Under the pieces are notes generated by a model. The model did not search any database. It was given only the letters and a program-made list of their open reading frames with translations, and was not told the DNA's origin. From positions 1 to 18,054 of the forward strand of contig JBJHCF010000064.1 of the NCBI GenBank assembly GCA_050506795.1: DNA of 18,054 nucleotides. The letters run 5' to 3'. Numbering within the stretch: the first letter of the stretch is position 1; every line of letters begins with the position of its first letter. Positions 1-7,718 of this stretch are shown here, piece after piece. The DNA comes from Opitutia bacterium. Lineage in GTDB: Bacteria; Verrucomicrobiota; Verrucomicrobiia; Opitutales; T3Sed10-336. Position numbers and translations under genes: made by a program.

Positions 1-313
1 TGCTTCAGCCGGAGTTTTCTTCACGGTAACCGTTGTCCGCACGCCATGCAGACCGCCCGCTGAAGCAGGGCGCTACGATGAGAGAGTCCCCGTAGCTCCG
101 TGCTTCAGCCGGAGTTTTCTTCACGGGAACCGTCGTCCGCGCGCCATGCAGACCGCCCGCTGAAGCAGGGCGCTACGATGAGAGAGGCCCCGTAGCTCCG
201 TGCTTCAGCCGGAGTTTTCTTTGCGGGAACCGTTGTCCGCACGCCATGCAGACCGCCCGCTGAAGCAGGGCGCTACGATGAGAGAGTCCCCGTAGCTCCG
301 TGCATAAGCCGGA
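1..313. repeat. Tandem array of 100-bp units built from inverted GTAG-type REP doublets (BIME/REPIN-like)
   Basis: Units 1-100, 101-200 and 201-300 are nearly identical (4 differences between units 1 and 2), plus a degenerate partial unit to ~313. Forward REP GTAG-CTCCG-tgcttcagc-CGGAG (e.g. 92-114); reverse REP reads GTAG-CGCCC-tgcttcagc-GGGCG on the minus strand (e.g. 54-76). The array is cut by the window start. Confidence 0.9.
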
Positions 314-357
314 CCTTCCGGGGTACGCGGTTTCACGGAGGTTTATGCCTATTTCTG

Positions 358-546
358 CTTTCGCAACTTAACCTAAAACCACGCACGGCTTTAAAGCATT
401 GCTGAACGGCGTAGGTTGTCACACGGAGCCACGCCCTCGACGAGCTCAGGCCGGTGAGAGCTCACGGAGGCGGGTCCGGTTGGAATCTCTGTGTCTCTCA
501 CCGGCCTGAGCTCGTCGAGGGCGTGACTCCGTGTGAACCCAATTCC
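358..546. repeat. Dispersed palindromic element (CACGGAG-triplet type), copy 1, with 24-bp inserts in both arms
   Basis: Aligns by eye to 15579-15720. Hairpin arms ~420-469 and ~487-535. Inserts 434-457 and 498-521 are exact reverse complements of each other. Confidence 0.85.
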
Positions 547-574
547 AATTGGCAAGACTTGTTTTTCCGGGCAA

Positions 575-946
575 TCAGCGGTCTCTGGCAAATCCGGCGC
601 CATTCCAGGCTAGGTCATCCCGCCAATCCCGATAGCGGATGGCATACCGTTGGCGATACTCGTGTTCCTGGGCCAGGGTTTCGCGTTCGACGACCGTAGG
701 CGCGCTGTGGGATCCCCGAACCAGGGAACTGGTGGCGCGTTGATCGATTTCCGAAGCGATCAATGCCAGCATCAAGGCCATGGCGGCCGCCGCCGCCGCC
801 GTGAAGGGATGGTACAGCCATTGACGCCGTGGGCGCCGGCCCTCCGAACTGTTCCAGGCGCGTTCGGCTTTGGCCAGGACGGTTTTCCGGAGAAAGGGCG
901 CGGGGTTGGGCGCGCCGGTGTTGCGCAAATAGTCTTCAGCTTGCAT
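575..946 (-). CDS. Putative single-TM anti-sigma factor / small membrane protein
   Basis: 123 aa; overlaps the 3' end of the ECF sigma gene by 11 nt; short N-terminal domain followed by one hydrophobic helix (FTAAAAAAMALMLALIA). No HxxxCxxC ZAS motif. Function inferred from position. Confidence 0.6.
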   Translation of the reverse strand: MQAEDYLRNTGAPNPAPFLRKTVLAKAERAWNSSEGRRPRRQWLYHPFTAAAAAAMALMLALIASEIDQRATSSLVRGSHSAPTVVERETLAQEHEYRQRYAIRYRDWRDDLAWNGAGFARDR

Positions 947-1484
947 GTCGGTTTCCGTTACAAATTTCCTTCAAACGCCGCAGGCCGTAGCGGTAGCGGC
1001 TCGCGGCGGTGTTGCGTGATATTTCGAGGGCCCTGGCAATCTCGTCGAAGGTGAGGTCCTGGATGTGTTTTAAGGTGATTACCTCCTGCTGCTCGAAAGG
1101 CAGACGATCCAAAGCCCGCAGCACCCCCGCCCATTCCTCGCGGTACTCGAGGCCCGGTCGATGATCCTGGCACAGGAGCACCGTTTCATAAGCGGCCAGC
1201 GGTTCGTCCGGTGGACGCTGACGGCGCCGGTAGTCCAAGGCGTGATTTCGCGCCATGCGGAAGACGTAACCGGTGAGGTTGGCCGTTCCGAGCAAAAGCC
1301 CGCGTTTGCGAGCCAGGGTTACAAACAGATTCTGCAGAGTGTCCTCGGCGGCGCTTTCCGAGCGAAGGATGGTGAGCAGGTAAATATAGAGATTATGCCC
1401 CAGGTGATCGTAGAGGAGTGCCAGTGCCGCCGGATCGTCCTGCCGCACCTTTTCCAAAATCTCCCGCTCTGTTTCGCAATTCAC
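936..1484 (-). CDS. RNA polymerase sigma-70 factor, ECF subfamily
   Basis: 182 aa, GTG start. Region 2 (AEDTLQNLFV...YVFRMARNHALDYRRR) and region 4 (LDRLPFEQQEVITLKHIQDLTFDEIARALEISRNTAASRYRYGLRRLK). Confidence 0.95.
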   Translation of the reverse strand: MNCETEREILEKVRQDDPAALALLYDHLGHNLYIYLLTILRSESAAEDTLQNLFVTLARKRGLLLGTANLTGYVFRMARNHALDYRRRQRPPDEPLAAYETVLLCQDHRPGLEYREEWAGVLRALDRLPFEQQEVITLKHIQDLTFDEIARALEISRNTAASRYRYGLRRLKEICNGNRHAS

Positions 1485-1507
1485 GATTCCAGTTCCCTTT
1501 TTAGTAA

Positions 1508-1533
1508 AGACGCACCGGCTCCTCGTTTGTGTC
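1508..1533 (-). promoter_or_regulatory. Possible ECF-type autoregulatory promoter
   Basis: Minus strand GACAC-N16-CGTCT, ending 24 nt before the sigma start codon. CGTC is a common ECF -10 element; the -35 is non-canonical. Confidence 0.3.
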
Positions 1534-1577
1534 TAGATCCCGCCTCGAAATTGGGTTCCACAGAACCGAATCGTGGC

Positions 1578-2183
1578 TTAGAACAGCTCCAATTGGGCGG
1601 AACCGGTTAGGTCGTACTTCTTCAACAAATGGAGGGTTTCCAGGGTTTCGGACCCCCCCGCGGCGTTTTTGGCGTCGAGGCGTTCGATGACCTCCAGGAG
1701 CATCGAGCGAAACGAGATCAACCCGTCGACCCCTTGTTCGCGGAACAAGGTTTCGGATTTGCCGCGGTAGGGTTCGGCGGTCGGCAGGGCCGGCACCACC
1801 AGGATTTGCGGGGGCGACTGGCCGGCTTTTTGTACTGGTGTATTGGGAACCGCGGGACGCTTTTTCCGGGCTCGGGGTAGGACCGTTTTCTCCAGGAAGC
1901 GGAATAACCGGGCGCTGCTCCGCAGGATATCCGGGGTAAAGCGCGTTTCAGGCCAGGGTTTTACCGTAATCTCGGCTTCCGGCAGGTAGCGGAGTTCGCT
2001 GGCGAAAACCAGAAATCCAGGTTTACCCGCCACCGGTTCGGCGGCGGAGTTTCGCACGTGCAGGGAAACCCCAGGCGCCTCCCCGCGCTTCGTCTGAGTT
2101 GCCGCTGGCGGCGCCAGCTTGCGCACGAAGAACCCATGCTGCTCGAAGAAGAGTCGAATGATGGTTTCGTCGACAACGGACAT
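1578..2183 (-). CDS. Hypothetical protein; N-terminus reminiscent of the PD-(D/E)XK/restriction-endonuclease-like fold; C-terminal QLELF motif
   Basis: 201 aa, starts 18 nt after the aroB stop. N-terminal DETIIRLFFEQHGFFV pattern; ends GSAQLELF. Confidence 0.75.
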   Translation of the reverse strand: MSVVDETIIRLFFEQHGFFVRKLAPPAATQTKRGEAPGVSLHVRNSAAEPVAGKPGFLVFASELRYLPEAEITVKPWPETRFTPDILRSSARLFRFLEKTVLPRARKKRPAVPNTPVQKAGQSPPQILVVPALPTAEPYRGKSETLFREQGVDGLISFRSMLLEVIERLDAKNAAGGSETLETLHLLKKYDLTGSAQLELF

Positions 2184-2201
2184 GGGCGATGGGGCGGCGG
2201 G

Positions 2202-3287
2202 CTACCGGGCCCCGTAGCTTTGCCAAAGCGCACGGAGCCGCTCTTCGTCCGCGCCCGCGGTGGTCACCGCCCGGCCGATCCGTTCCAGCGTCACCAGGCG
2301 CAGTTTCCCGGCACGAACCTTTTTATCGCGTTTCATGGCCGCCAGCAAACTGTCGGCCGGGAGGGGTGATCGCAGACTGACCGGCAGTCCGGTCGCGCTC
2401 ACGAGGTGCCGCACGGCCTCCACGTCGGCCGCCGACAACGTTCCCATCTGCCGGGAGTAATCGGTGGCCATCACCAGGCCCAGGCCGACCGCCTCCCCGT
2501 GCAGGTACTCGCCAAAGCCGGCGGCCTGTTCGATGGCGTGGGCGAAGGTGTGACCCAGATTCAGCAGAGCCCTGCCTCCCGACGCGGCTTGCTCACGCTC
2601 GTCCTCGCTCACGATTTCGGCCTTGATTTGGCAGCAGCGATAAAGAATGGCCGGCAGGTCCGGATTTTCCGCCGACCAGGATGCCTGTTGCAGACGCTCG
2701 AAGAGGTCCGCGTCCGCCAGCAGGCCATATTTTATGACCTCAGCCATACCGGCATTAAATTCGCGGGCCGGAAGGGTCTTGAGGAAATCCGTGCTGATGT
2801 GTACCGCCCTCGGTTGGTGGAAGGATCCTACGAGGTTCTTGCCGGCGGTTATATTGATACCGGTTTTCCCGCCCACCGAACTGTCGACCATGGCCAGCAG
2901 GGTCGTGGGGATCTGGTGAAAGTCGATGCCGCGCAGGAAGGTGGCGGCGGCAAAGCCTCCGAGATCGCCAATGACCCCGCCCCCCGCCACAAAAAGCGTC
3001 CCGGTGCGGTCCATTCCCATGCCGGCGAGAAAATCGTAGACCTGTCCCAGGGCCGCGAGCGACTTGGTCGCTTCCCCACCGGGAAGAATGCAGGTGGGAA
3101 CTTCGGTGAAAACCCGGTCGAAGGCATCCCGGTGCAGACGTGCCACCTCGCCGTCGGCCAGCAAGGCCACCGGCCGATTCTGCGTTTTGAGCTCCGCCAC
3201 CGCGGCCGGCACCCCGGCCAACACCTCACCCCCGATATGAATCGGATAAGCCCTTCCGGTCAGACCCACCTCCAGAACAGTTGCCAT
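2202..3287 (-). CDS. aroB: 3-dehydroquinate synthase
   Basis: Motifs GEATKS, GGGVIGDLGGF, PTTLLAMVDSSVGGKTGIN, KNLVGSFHQP, LNLGHTFAHAIE, HGEAV and DKK. Start moved to the ATG at 3287 (MATVLEV), giving 361 aa. Confidence 0.97.
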   Translation of the reverse strand: MATVLEVGLTGRAYPIHIGGEVLAGVPAAVAELKTQNRPVALLADGEVARLHRDAFDRVFTEVPTCILPGGEATKSLAALGQVYDFLAGMGMDRTGTLFVAGGGVIGDLGGFAAATFLRGIDFHQIPTTLLAMVDSSVGGKTGINITAGKNLVGSFHQPRAVHISTDFLKTLPAREFNAGMAEVIKYGLLADADLFERLQQASWSAENPDLPAILYRCCQIKAEIVSEDEREQAASGGRALLNLGHTFAHAIEQAAGFGEYLHGEAVGLGLVMATDYSRQMGTLSAADVEAVRHLVSATGLPVSLRSPLPADSLLAAMKRDKKVRAGKLRLVTLERIGRAVTTAGADEERLRALWQSYGAR

Positions 3288-3478
3288 CGGACCGTTAAAC
3301 GCGATTTCCCCATGACGGTCAACGCCTCTTGAGCAGGAGGCTGTCAAGAATATATAGCCTGTCTGATTATTTGACCGGGGGCGGAGGGCGGACGGTAACC
3401 GCGGCAGCGCACCGGGCTAATGCGTGGTAGGAGGAATCGGCTGCGGTTGAAAAAAAAGATGACTTATCGCTTGACCAA

Positions 3479-3527
3479 TGAGAAGCGGTCTCAGTATCAA
3501 TTGGGTTCCATTTGAGAATATGTCTCA
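3479..3527 (+). promoter_or_regulatory. Two putative Fur-type boxes (7-1-7 inverted repeats)
   Basis: TGAGAAGCGGTCTCA (3479-3493) and TGAGAATATGTCTCA (3513-3527) resemble TGATAATnATTATCA; both lie in an AT-rich region just upstream of a TonB-dependent receptor. Confidence 0.6.
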
Positions 3528-3555
3528 TTTGCAATAAGAACCGAGAATTAGGACA

Positions 3556-5856
3556 ATGAAATCTGTGATTGATTGGAAAACGTGCCTGGCCTTGGGATTG
3601 GCTGGGGTGACGCCTTGGTTGGTGGTCGGGGAAGCGCATGCCGAGGAAACGCCGTTGGAGCTTGACCCACTGAGGGTTGTGGGCACCCGGGAACAGATTG
3701 AGGCCCTGCCGGGAGCGGCGGTTTACCTGGATCAGGAGGAGATCCGGGTTCAGGGGTACGACAATATCGACCAGGTGATCCGCCGGGTGCCGGGCGCCTA
3801 CTTTCGAACGGAGGATGGCTACGGGCTGTTTCCCAATATCAGTTTGCGGGGCGTCGGCTCCATGCGGACATCCAAGTTGACGGTGATGGAGGACGGTATC
3901 CTGGCGGCTCCCGCGCCGTACTCCAACCCGTCCGCCTACTACACGCCGACCACCGGGCGCATGAGCGGCATGGAGGTGATCAAGGGGTCGAGCCAGGTCC
4001 GTTACGGCCCGCACAATACCGGCGGCGTGCTCAATTACCTTTCCACTCCGATTCCGCTTCAGCCCCAGGGCTACCTGCGCGGCACTTACGGTGACAACAA
4101 CGAAGCGCGCCTGCATGCCTATTACGGCACTTCCACCGACATCGATTCGGGCACTGTCGGGGTGCTGGTGGAGCATTATTTCCGCACCACGGAAGGGTTC
4201 AAGACGATCGATGAAACGCCTGATTTTGAACGGGGCAACCGTACCGGGTTCACCAAGACCGAGCCGATGGTGAAGCTGTCCTTCGAGCCTCATGGCGGAC
4301 CCGACCAGCGCTGGGAGTTCAAGTTCGGGTACACCGACATGGATGCCGACGAAACCTATCTCGGACTGAGCGACGCCGATTTCAAACGCGATCCCTACCG
4401 TCGGTATGCCGCCAGCCGCTTCGACAACATCGACACCTCTCAGGTGCGCACCTCTCTCACGCACACCATTGAGCCTTTGCCCGATTTCCAAATCACCACC
4501 ACCGGCTACTTCAACCGGTTCGAGCGGGCCTGGTACAAACTCCAGGAGGTTTCCACCGACGCCTCGACCGATGCGGCCCGCCCGGGGGCGGCCAATCGGC
4601 GCAACCTCTCCCGGGCCCTCGCCGAGGACGGCGCGCACCTCGACGTCCTGCGCGGCGAGGCCGCCGGTACTTTGCGTTACCGCAACAACAACCGTGACTA
4701 CGATTCCTACGGTGTGCAGCAGGTTTATCAAACCCTGATCACCGGAGAAACGATCGACCACAACCTCGAACTGGGGCTGCGTCTGCATCACGATTTCGAA
4801 AATCGTTTTCAGGAGGAAACCAACTACAACCAGTTGGCCAACGGGACCGTCGACGGCCGGTTTCGCGGCGAACCGGGTTCCCAGGATAATCGTCGCAGTG
4901 AAACGACCGCGTTCGCCGTCTACCTTCAGGACCGGGTGGAATTCGGTCAGTGGTCGGTGACGCCGGGCGTTCGCTACGAGCACCTGCGGTATCGCATCAC
5001 CGACCGCCGCGGCGCCGAGACCGTCCGTTCACGCGGACACCTCGATGTGTTCGCCCCCGGGATCGGGCTGACCTTTGCGCAGACCGACAACCTGACCCAC
5101 TTTGCCGGCGTGCACCGCGGGTTTTCCACGCCGTCGCCCGGAGACCGAATCAACGGCGGCCTGCGCGAAGAGCGTTCTTTGGGTTACGAATTGGGCACGC
5201 GCTACAACAACCGGCAGGGCTTTCAAACGGAAGCGACGTTATTCTGGACCGACTTCGACAACCTGATCGTCCCGGACAACATCGGCGGCGCCGGTACCGG
5301 CGAGACCGAGAACGCCGGCGACGTGCGCACTGCCGGTCTCGAACTGGCGGTGGCCTACGATCCCGGTATCGCCCACAACTGGGGTTTCCGCAACCCCAAC
5401 CGTCTGGCGATTACCCTCACCGACGCCACCATCCGCAGCAATGTCAACGCGGACGGCGACAGCGGCGGCGCCGTCGAGTCGGTTTTTGCCGGCGGCGAGA
5501 AAGGCAACCGGCTGCCCTACGTTCCCGAGTATCAGATCTCTGCCGGAACCGGAATCGAGATCGGTCGCTGGGGAACGTACCTCGACGGCTTCTACGTGCC
5601 GTCCACCTACGCGTCCGCCAATAACAGCAGCCAGCAGGTGAATCCCAACACCGGTCTGCCCGACGCCCGTTTCGGCAAGAACGACAGCTACTTCCTGCTC
5701 GACTTCGCCGTGCACTACAGTTTGACCGAGAACGCCAAGGTCATCGGCGGCGTGCAGAATCTGCTCGACCGCGACTACATCGCTTCGCGCCTGCCCCACG
5801 GCCCGCGTCCCGGCCATCCGCGCTTCGCCAGTATCAGTATGGAGGTCACTTTCTGA
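3556..5856 (+). CDS. TonB-dependent outer membrane receptor, FecA-like (probably iron uptake)
   Basis: 766 aa; signal peptide (AHA-EE); TonB-box-like DPLRVVG; plug motifs (RRVPG, ISLRG, EVIKGSSQVRYGPHNTGGVLNY); VQNLLDRDY and C-terminal Phe. No N-terminal signalling extension. Confidence 0.93.
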   Translation: MKSVIDWKTCLALGLAGVTPWLVVGEAHAEETPLELDPLRVVGTREQIEALPGAAVYLDQEEIRVQGYDNIDQVIRRVPGAYFRTEDGYGLFPNISLRGVGSMRTSKLTVMEDGILAAPAPYSNPSAYYTPTTGRMSGMEVIKGSSQVRYGPHNTGGVLNYLSTPIPLQPQGYLRGTYGDNNEARLHAYYGTSTDIDSGTVGVLVEHYFRTTEGFKTIDETPDFERGNRTGFTKTEPMVKLSFEPHGGPDQRWEFKFGYTDMDADETYLGLSDADFKRDPYRRYAASRFDNIDTSQVRTSLTHTIEPLPDFQITTTGYFNRFERAWYKLQEVSTDASTDAARPGAANRRNLSRALAEDGAHLDVLRGEAAGTLRYRNNNRDYDSYGVQQVYQTLITGETIDHNLELGLRLHHDFENRFQEETNYNQLANGTVDGRFRGEPGSQDNRRSETTAFAVYLQDRVEFGQWSVTPGVRYEHLRYRITDRRGAETVRSRGHLDVFAPGIGLTFAQTDNLTHFAGVHRGFSTPSPGDRINGGLREERSLGYELGTRYNNRQGFQTEATLFWTDFDNLIVPDNIGGAGTGETENAGDVRTAGLELAVAYDPGIAHNWGFRNPNRLAITLTDATIRSNVNADGDSGGAVESVFAGGEKGNRLPYVPEYQISAGTGIEIGRWGTYLDGFYVPSTYASANNSSQQVNPNTGLPDARFGKNDSYFLLDFAVHYSLTENAKVIGGVQNLLDRDYIASRLPHGPRPGHPRFASISMEVTF

Positions 5857-5887
5857 GCCCCCGGCGATAGGGAGCTCTGTGAGCGCG

Positions 5888-5924
5888 CCGGCCCCCGTCG
5901 TAATTGGCGGGGGCCGGATTGTTT
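5888..5924 (+). terminator. Probable intrinsic terminator after the TonB-dependent receptor
   Basis: Stem CCGGCCCCCGTC/GGCGGGGGCCGG (12 bp with one G-U pair), 6-nt loop, weak tail ATTGTTT. Confidence 0.55.
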
Positions 5925-6075
5925 GGACGGGTGACGGACGGTGGAACGGGCACCGCGGTCTCCCCGGAAACCGTTCGGCGGTGGACAGGACGCAGTGATT
6001 CCGTCAATATGCTTCCTGCGAGTTCAATAGTGCCAAACCGTCATGCGGCTGGATGCGATAACCGGGAGATTCCTT

Positions 6076-7563
6076 ATGCGAAATTTGAAGTTGGGTTTTG
6101 GACGAATTCCGCAACCGCGATGGGTCTTCCTTTTGCTTGTCGCTTTGTTGGGTACTGGCATTCCGGTGTCTTTTGCCGCAGTTTCCTCGGGTGAGGTTTT
6201 TCTTCGGGACGGTGTTTGGATAGCGACGGTCAACGGGGAGGAATTCCACGAAGGCGAACGAATGTTTGATGCCGTCAATGCCGCCTGCGAGCAGGCTGGT
6301 CCGGGAGCGACGATTAATATTCGGGATTCCGGGGAGTCGGGGCCGAATCCGGTTGAAGGAGTCTATGCCATTCGACCGCTTGAACATCAGACGCTCGATT
6401 TTCACGGTAACACGGTTCTCTGCAACGGCGGAGACCTTGTAGTCGCGGTGGCCAACGACCGGCAGGACGGCATCACGGTGCTCAACCTTCGGGTGACCGG
6501 CAACCCGCGTTACGGGCTTTGGTTCCGGGGGTGCAACGATTTGACCCTGGACAACATCACGATCGAACACACTGGCGAAAGTCCGGTGGGGCTGGGAATC
6601 CGGGTGGCGTCGATGTCCACGGGCAGGGATTCTCCCGACCGCGTTTCCGGGTTGAGGATTGGCACGGTGACGGTCAGCGGCACGCGTACCCACGCAGTGG
6701 AGACGTTCAGTGTCGACAATATCCGGATCGACCGGGTCAATGCTTCCGATATCCCTTTGGGGAGCGGGCTCCAGATCAACGACGGACGTGACGTCTGGAT
6801 CCGCTCCGTTTACGGCGAGCGGGTGGCGACGGAAAGCACTTACGCGACGGTGCGTTTTGCCAACGTGACCCGTGGGGCCCGTATCGATTATATCCATTCG
6901 CGTGGATCGGCCCGGGGTTTTTATAATATGGGGAACGTGATCGGCGCCCGGGTCGGGTACGTGGACATCGCGGACTCGCGGGTATCCGGTGTCAGCATCC
7001 ACAGTGGAGCCTCCGACGTGCAGGTGTTCGACGGCGTGGTGATCGACAGTAACAACGACGTCGATATCTGGGACGGCGCCACGGAGGTTTGTATCCGAGT
7101 CAACGGCACGGCTTTCGGCGATGCCTGTGACATGGTAACAGGAGAAACCGTGGCCGAAGGCGTTTACCAGTTGGTCGCCCGCCACAGCGGCAAGGTGATG
7201 GAAGCGCCGGCAGGAGGGGAGGCGCTGCGGCAGGCCGCCGAAACAGCAAGTGACTCGCAAAAGTGGAGGGTTGTCGCCGCCGGAGGCAACCGCTTCCGGC
7301 TGCAAAACCTCGCGAGTGGCCGGTGGCTCACGGACGACCCGGAGAAAGGTCTGCGCCTAGATCATGAGAATGACACCCGCTGGAAGGACTTCACCTTCAT
7401 TCCCACCATGGGCGGCGAATACCGCATCGTTCCCTCTGCCACCGGAGGCACGGTCGAAGTCGGCGACGCCTCCGCCGAAGGAGGTGCGTTGGTGCGAAGC
7501 GGGGCCTACCAAGGCGCGAGCCACCAGCAATGGCGATTGAACCGGCTGGAGAACGACCATTGA
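6076..7563 (+). CDS. Secreted right-handed parallel beta-helix (pectin-lyase-like fold) protein with C-terminal ricin-B lectin domain
   Basis: GGGAG precedes the ATG at 6076; hydrophobic signal peptide; repeated beta-helix rungs (ITVLNLRVTG, LTLDNITIE, IRIDRVNA); ricin domain with YQLVARHSGKVM, SQKWRV and HQQWRL (QxW motifs). Confidence 0.8.
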   Translation: MRNLKLGFGRIPQPRWVFLLLVALLGTGIPVSFAAVSSGEVFLRDGVWIATVNGEEFHEGERMFDAVNAACEQAGPGATINIRDSGESGPNPVEGVYAIRPLEHQTLDFHGNTVLCNGGDLVVAVANDRQDGITVLNLRVTGNPRYGLWFRGCNDLTLDNITIEHTGESPVGLGIRVASMSTGRDSPDRVSGLRIGTVTVSGTRTHAVETFSVDNIRIDRVNASDIPLGSGLQINDGRDVWIRSVYGERVATESTYATVRFANVTRGARIDYIHSRGSARGFYNMGNVIGARVGYVDIADSRVSGVSIHSGASDVQVFDGVVIDSNNDVDIWDGATEVCIRVNGTAFGDACDMVTGETVAEGVYQLVARHSGKVMEAPAGGEALRQAAETASDSQKWRVVAAGGNRFRLQNLASGRWLTDDPEKGLRLDHENDTRWKDFTFIPTMGGEYRIVPSATGGTVEVGDASAEGGALVRSGAYQGASHQQWRLNRLENDH

Positions 7564-7718
7564 TTTGAGCGCAGAGGCGATTCCAGAAGAACGGGCAGTG
7601 GGTGTCGGAGAATCCGCTCGGTATCACCTGAAAAGAATGGGAGTCAAACCGGGCCGATCAATCCGCGACAAGAATTCTTCAAATAATCATGAGTACAGTC
7701 CGTGGACGGATAAGGAGG

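Noticed and set aside
1..313. CRISPR array
   Set aside because: The sequences between repeats are near-identical rather than unique spacers, the repeats alternate in orientation, and no cas genes are present.
391..699. Small ORFs 391-603 (-) and 454-699 (+)
   Set aside because: Both are translations of the palindromic repeat (HRPELVEG appears on both strands); no other coding evidence.
1549..1560. 12-mer AATTGGGTTCCA shared with 3499-3510 and similar to the end of the palindromic element
   Set aside because: Too short, with no consistent position or flanking similarity; compatible with chance.
2406..3332. 308-aa plus-strand ORF
   Set aside because: Antisense to the unambiguous aroB gene.
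3367..4983. 538-aa minus-strand ORF (and 5239-5817)
   Set aside because: Antisense shadow of the TonB-dependent receptor, expected from high-GC codon bias; no recognisable motifs.
575..5856. FecI/FecR/FecA-type signalling system linking the ECF sigma to the receptor
   Set aside because: The receptor lacks the N-terminal signalling domain, the anti-sigma candidate is far shorter than FecR, and two unrelated genes lie between them.
6004..7305. 433-aa minus-strand ORF
   Set aside because: Antisense shadow of the beta-helix/ricin gene.
7564..7718. Lower-GC gap between convergent genes as a possible sRNA or 72-aa ORF
   Set aside because: No convincing stem-loop, RBS-start pairing or recognisable motif.
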